The translations under genes were made by a program, and so were the position numbers. The notes beneath the pieces are model-generated. The model was not told the DNA's origin. It saw nothing but the letters and a program-made list of their open reading frames with translations, and ran no database searches. A stretch of DNA of 51,850 nt, counting the filler, from Sphacelaria rigidula (lineage: Eukaryota), in assembly GCA_964200075.2 (NCBI GenBank). It is 4 parts of 4 records of this genome, joined end to end, with 100 filler letters (N's around TTAATTAATTAA, not from the genome) between each part and the next. Parts side by side here need not be neighbours in the genome. Positions count along the whole stretch, not along the records: positions 38,964 to 51,850 come from CAXNAA020003335.1; 3 more parts are not named here. One strand, 5' to 3'. Positions 51,640 through 51,850 of the stretch are shown one piece after another; within the stretch, counting starts at the first letter, position 1; the number at the start of each line of letters is the position of its first letter.

Positions 51640-51850
51640 CCCCCCAGATCAGCCCCCAAACCGTCACGAAGTAAATAGCCAAACAGCGCATGATAGCTGG
51701 TTTCAGGCCTCACACGGGCGGCACTGGCAAAAGCAACCAGCGCGTGGGAGTTCCCAACTGCTCGGTGTTCTCGGTTGTTGCCATTTTGATCTAAAAGTAA
51801 ATTTTGCACGGTAAGGGCGAATCATCACGATTAAGAATCACCAAATCCAC
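51640..51850. repeat. Repeat homologous to 42865-43045, followed by the 5' end of an 18639-family MITE (51807-51850)
   Basis: cacggtaagggcgaatcatc...caccaaatccac matches 18639-18680. Confidence 0.6.

Noticed and set aside
51340-51814. Pro/Gly-rich ORFs (also 25570-25860)
   Set aside because: Artefacts of poly-C tracts and an N gap in low-quality sequence.

Overview
Eukaryotic, intron-rich, transposon-laden genomic DNA, probably from a brown alga (Phaeophyceae). This is inferred from the LINE, SINE and Copia remnants, the long introns and the TTAGGG repeats. The window is not one locus. It is four pieces of 12888, 12888, 12887 and 12887 bp joined by identical 100-bp artificial spacers (N44-TTAATTAATTAA-N44). 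Segment 1 (1-12888) holds four phase-compatible exons of an SGNH-like gene. Its introns and downstream region contain a degenerate Copia element, seven copies of a TGT...ACA MITE carrying internal telomeric (TTAGGG)n with 4-5 bp TSDs, two foldback elements and other MITEs, and the segment ends in an RTE-like LINE. Segment 2 (12989-25876) is repeats plus a 736-codon low-complexity exon. Segment 3 (25977-38863) holds tandem tRNA-derived SINE heads, a complete 4-exon gene for a secreted 715-aa beta-helix protein with two F5/8-type-C (CBM32-like) domains (candidate PL31-like polyuronate lyase), and a LINE remnant. Segment 4 (38964-51850) holds a ~1030-aa FCP1/SCP-family (CTDNEP1/Nem1-like) phosphatase gene on the minus strand and a possible small divergent gene. 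The most interesting signals are the telomere-repeat-bearing MITE cluster and the lyase-like secreted protein.
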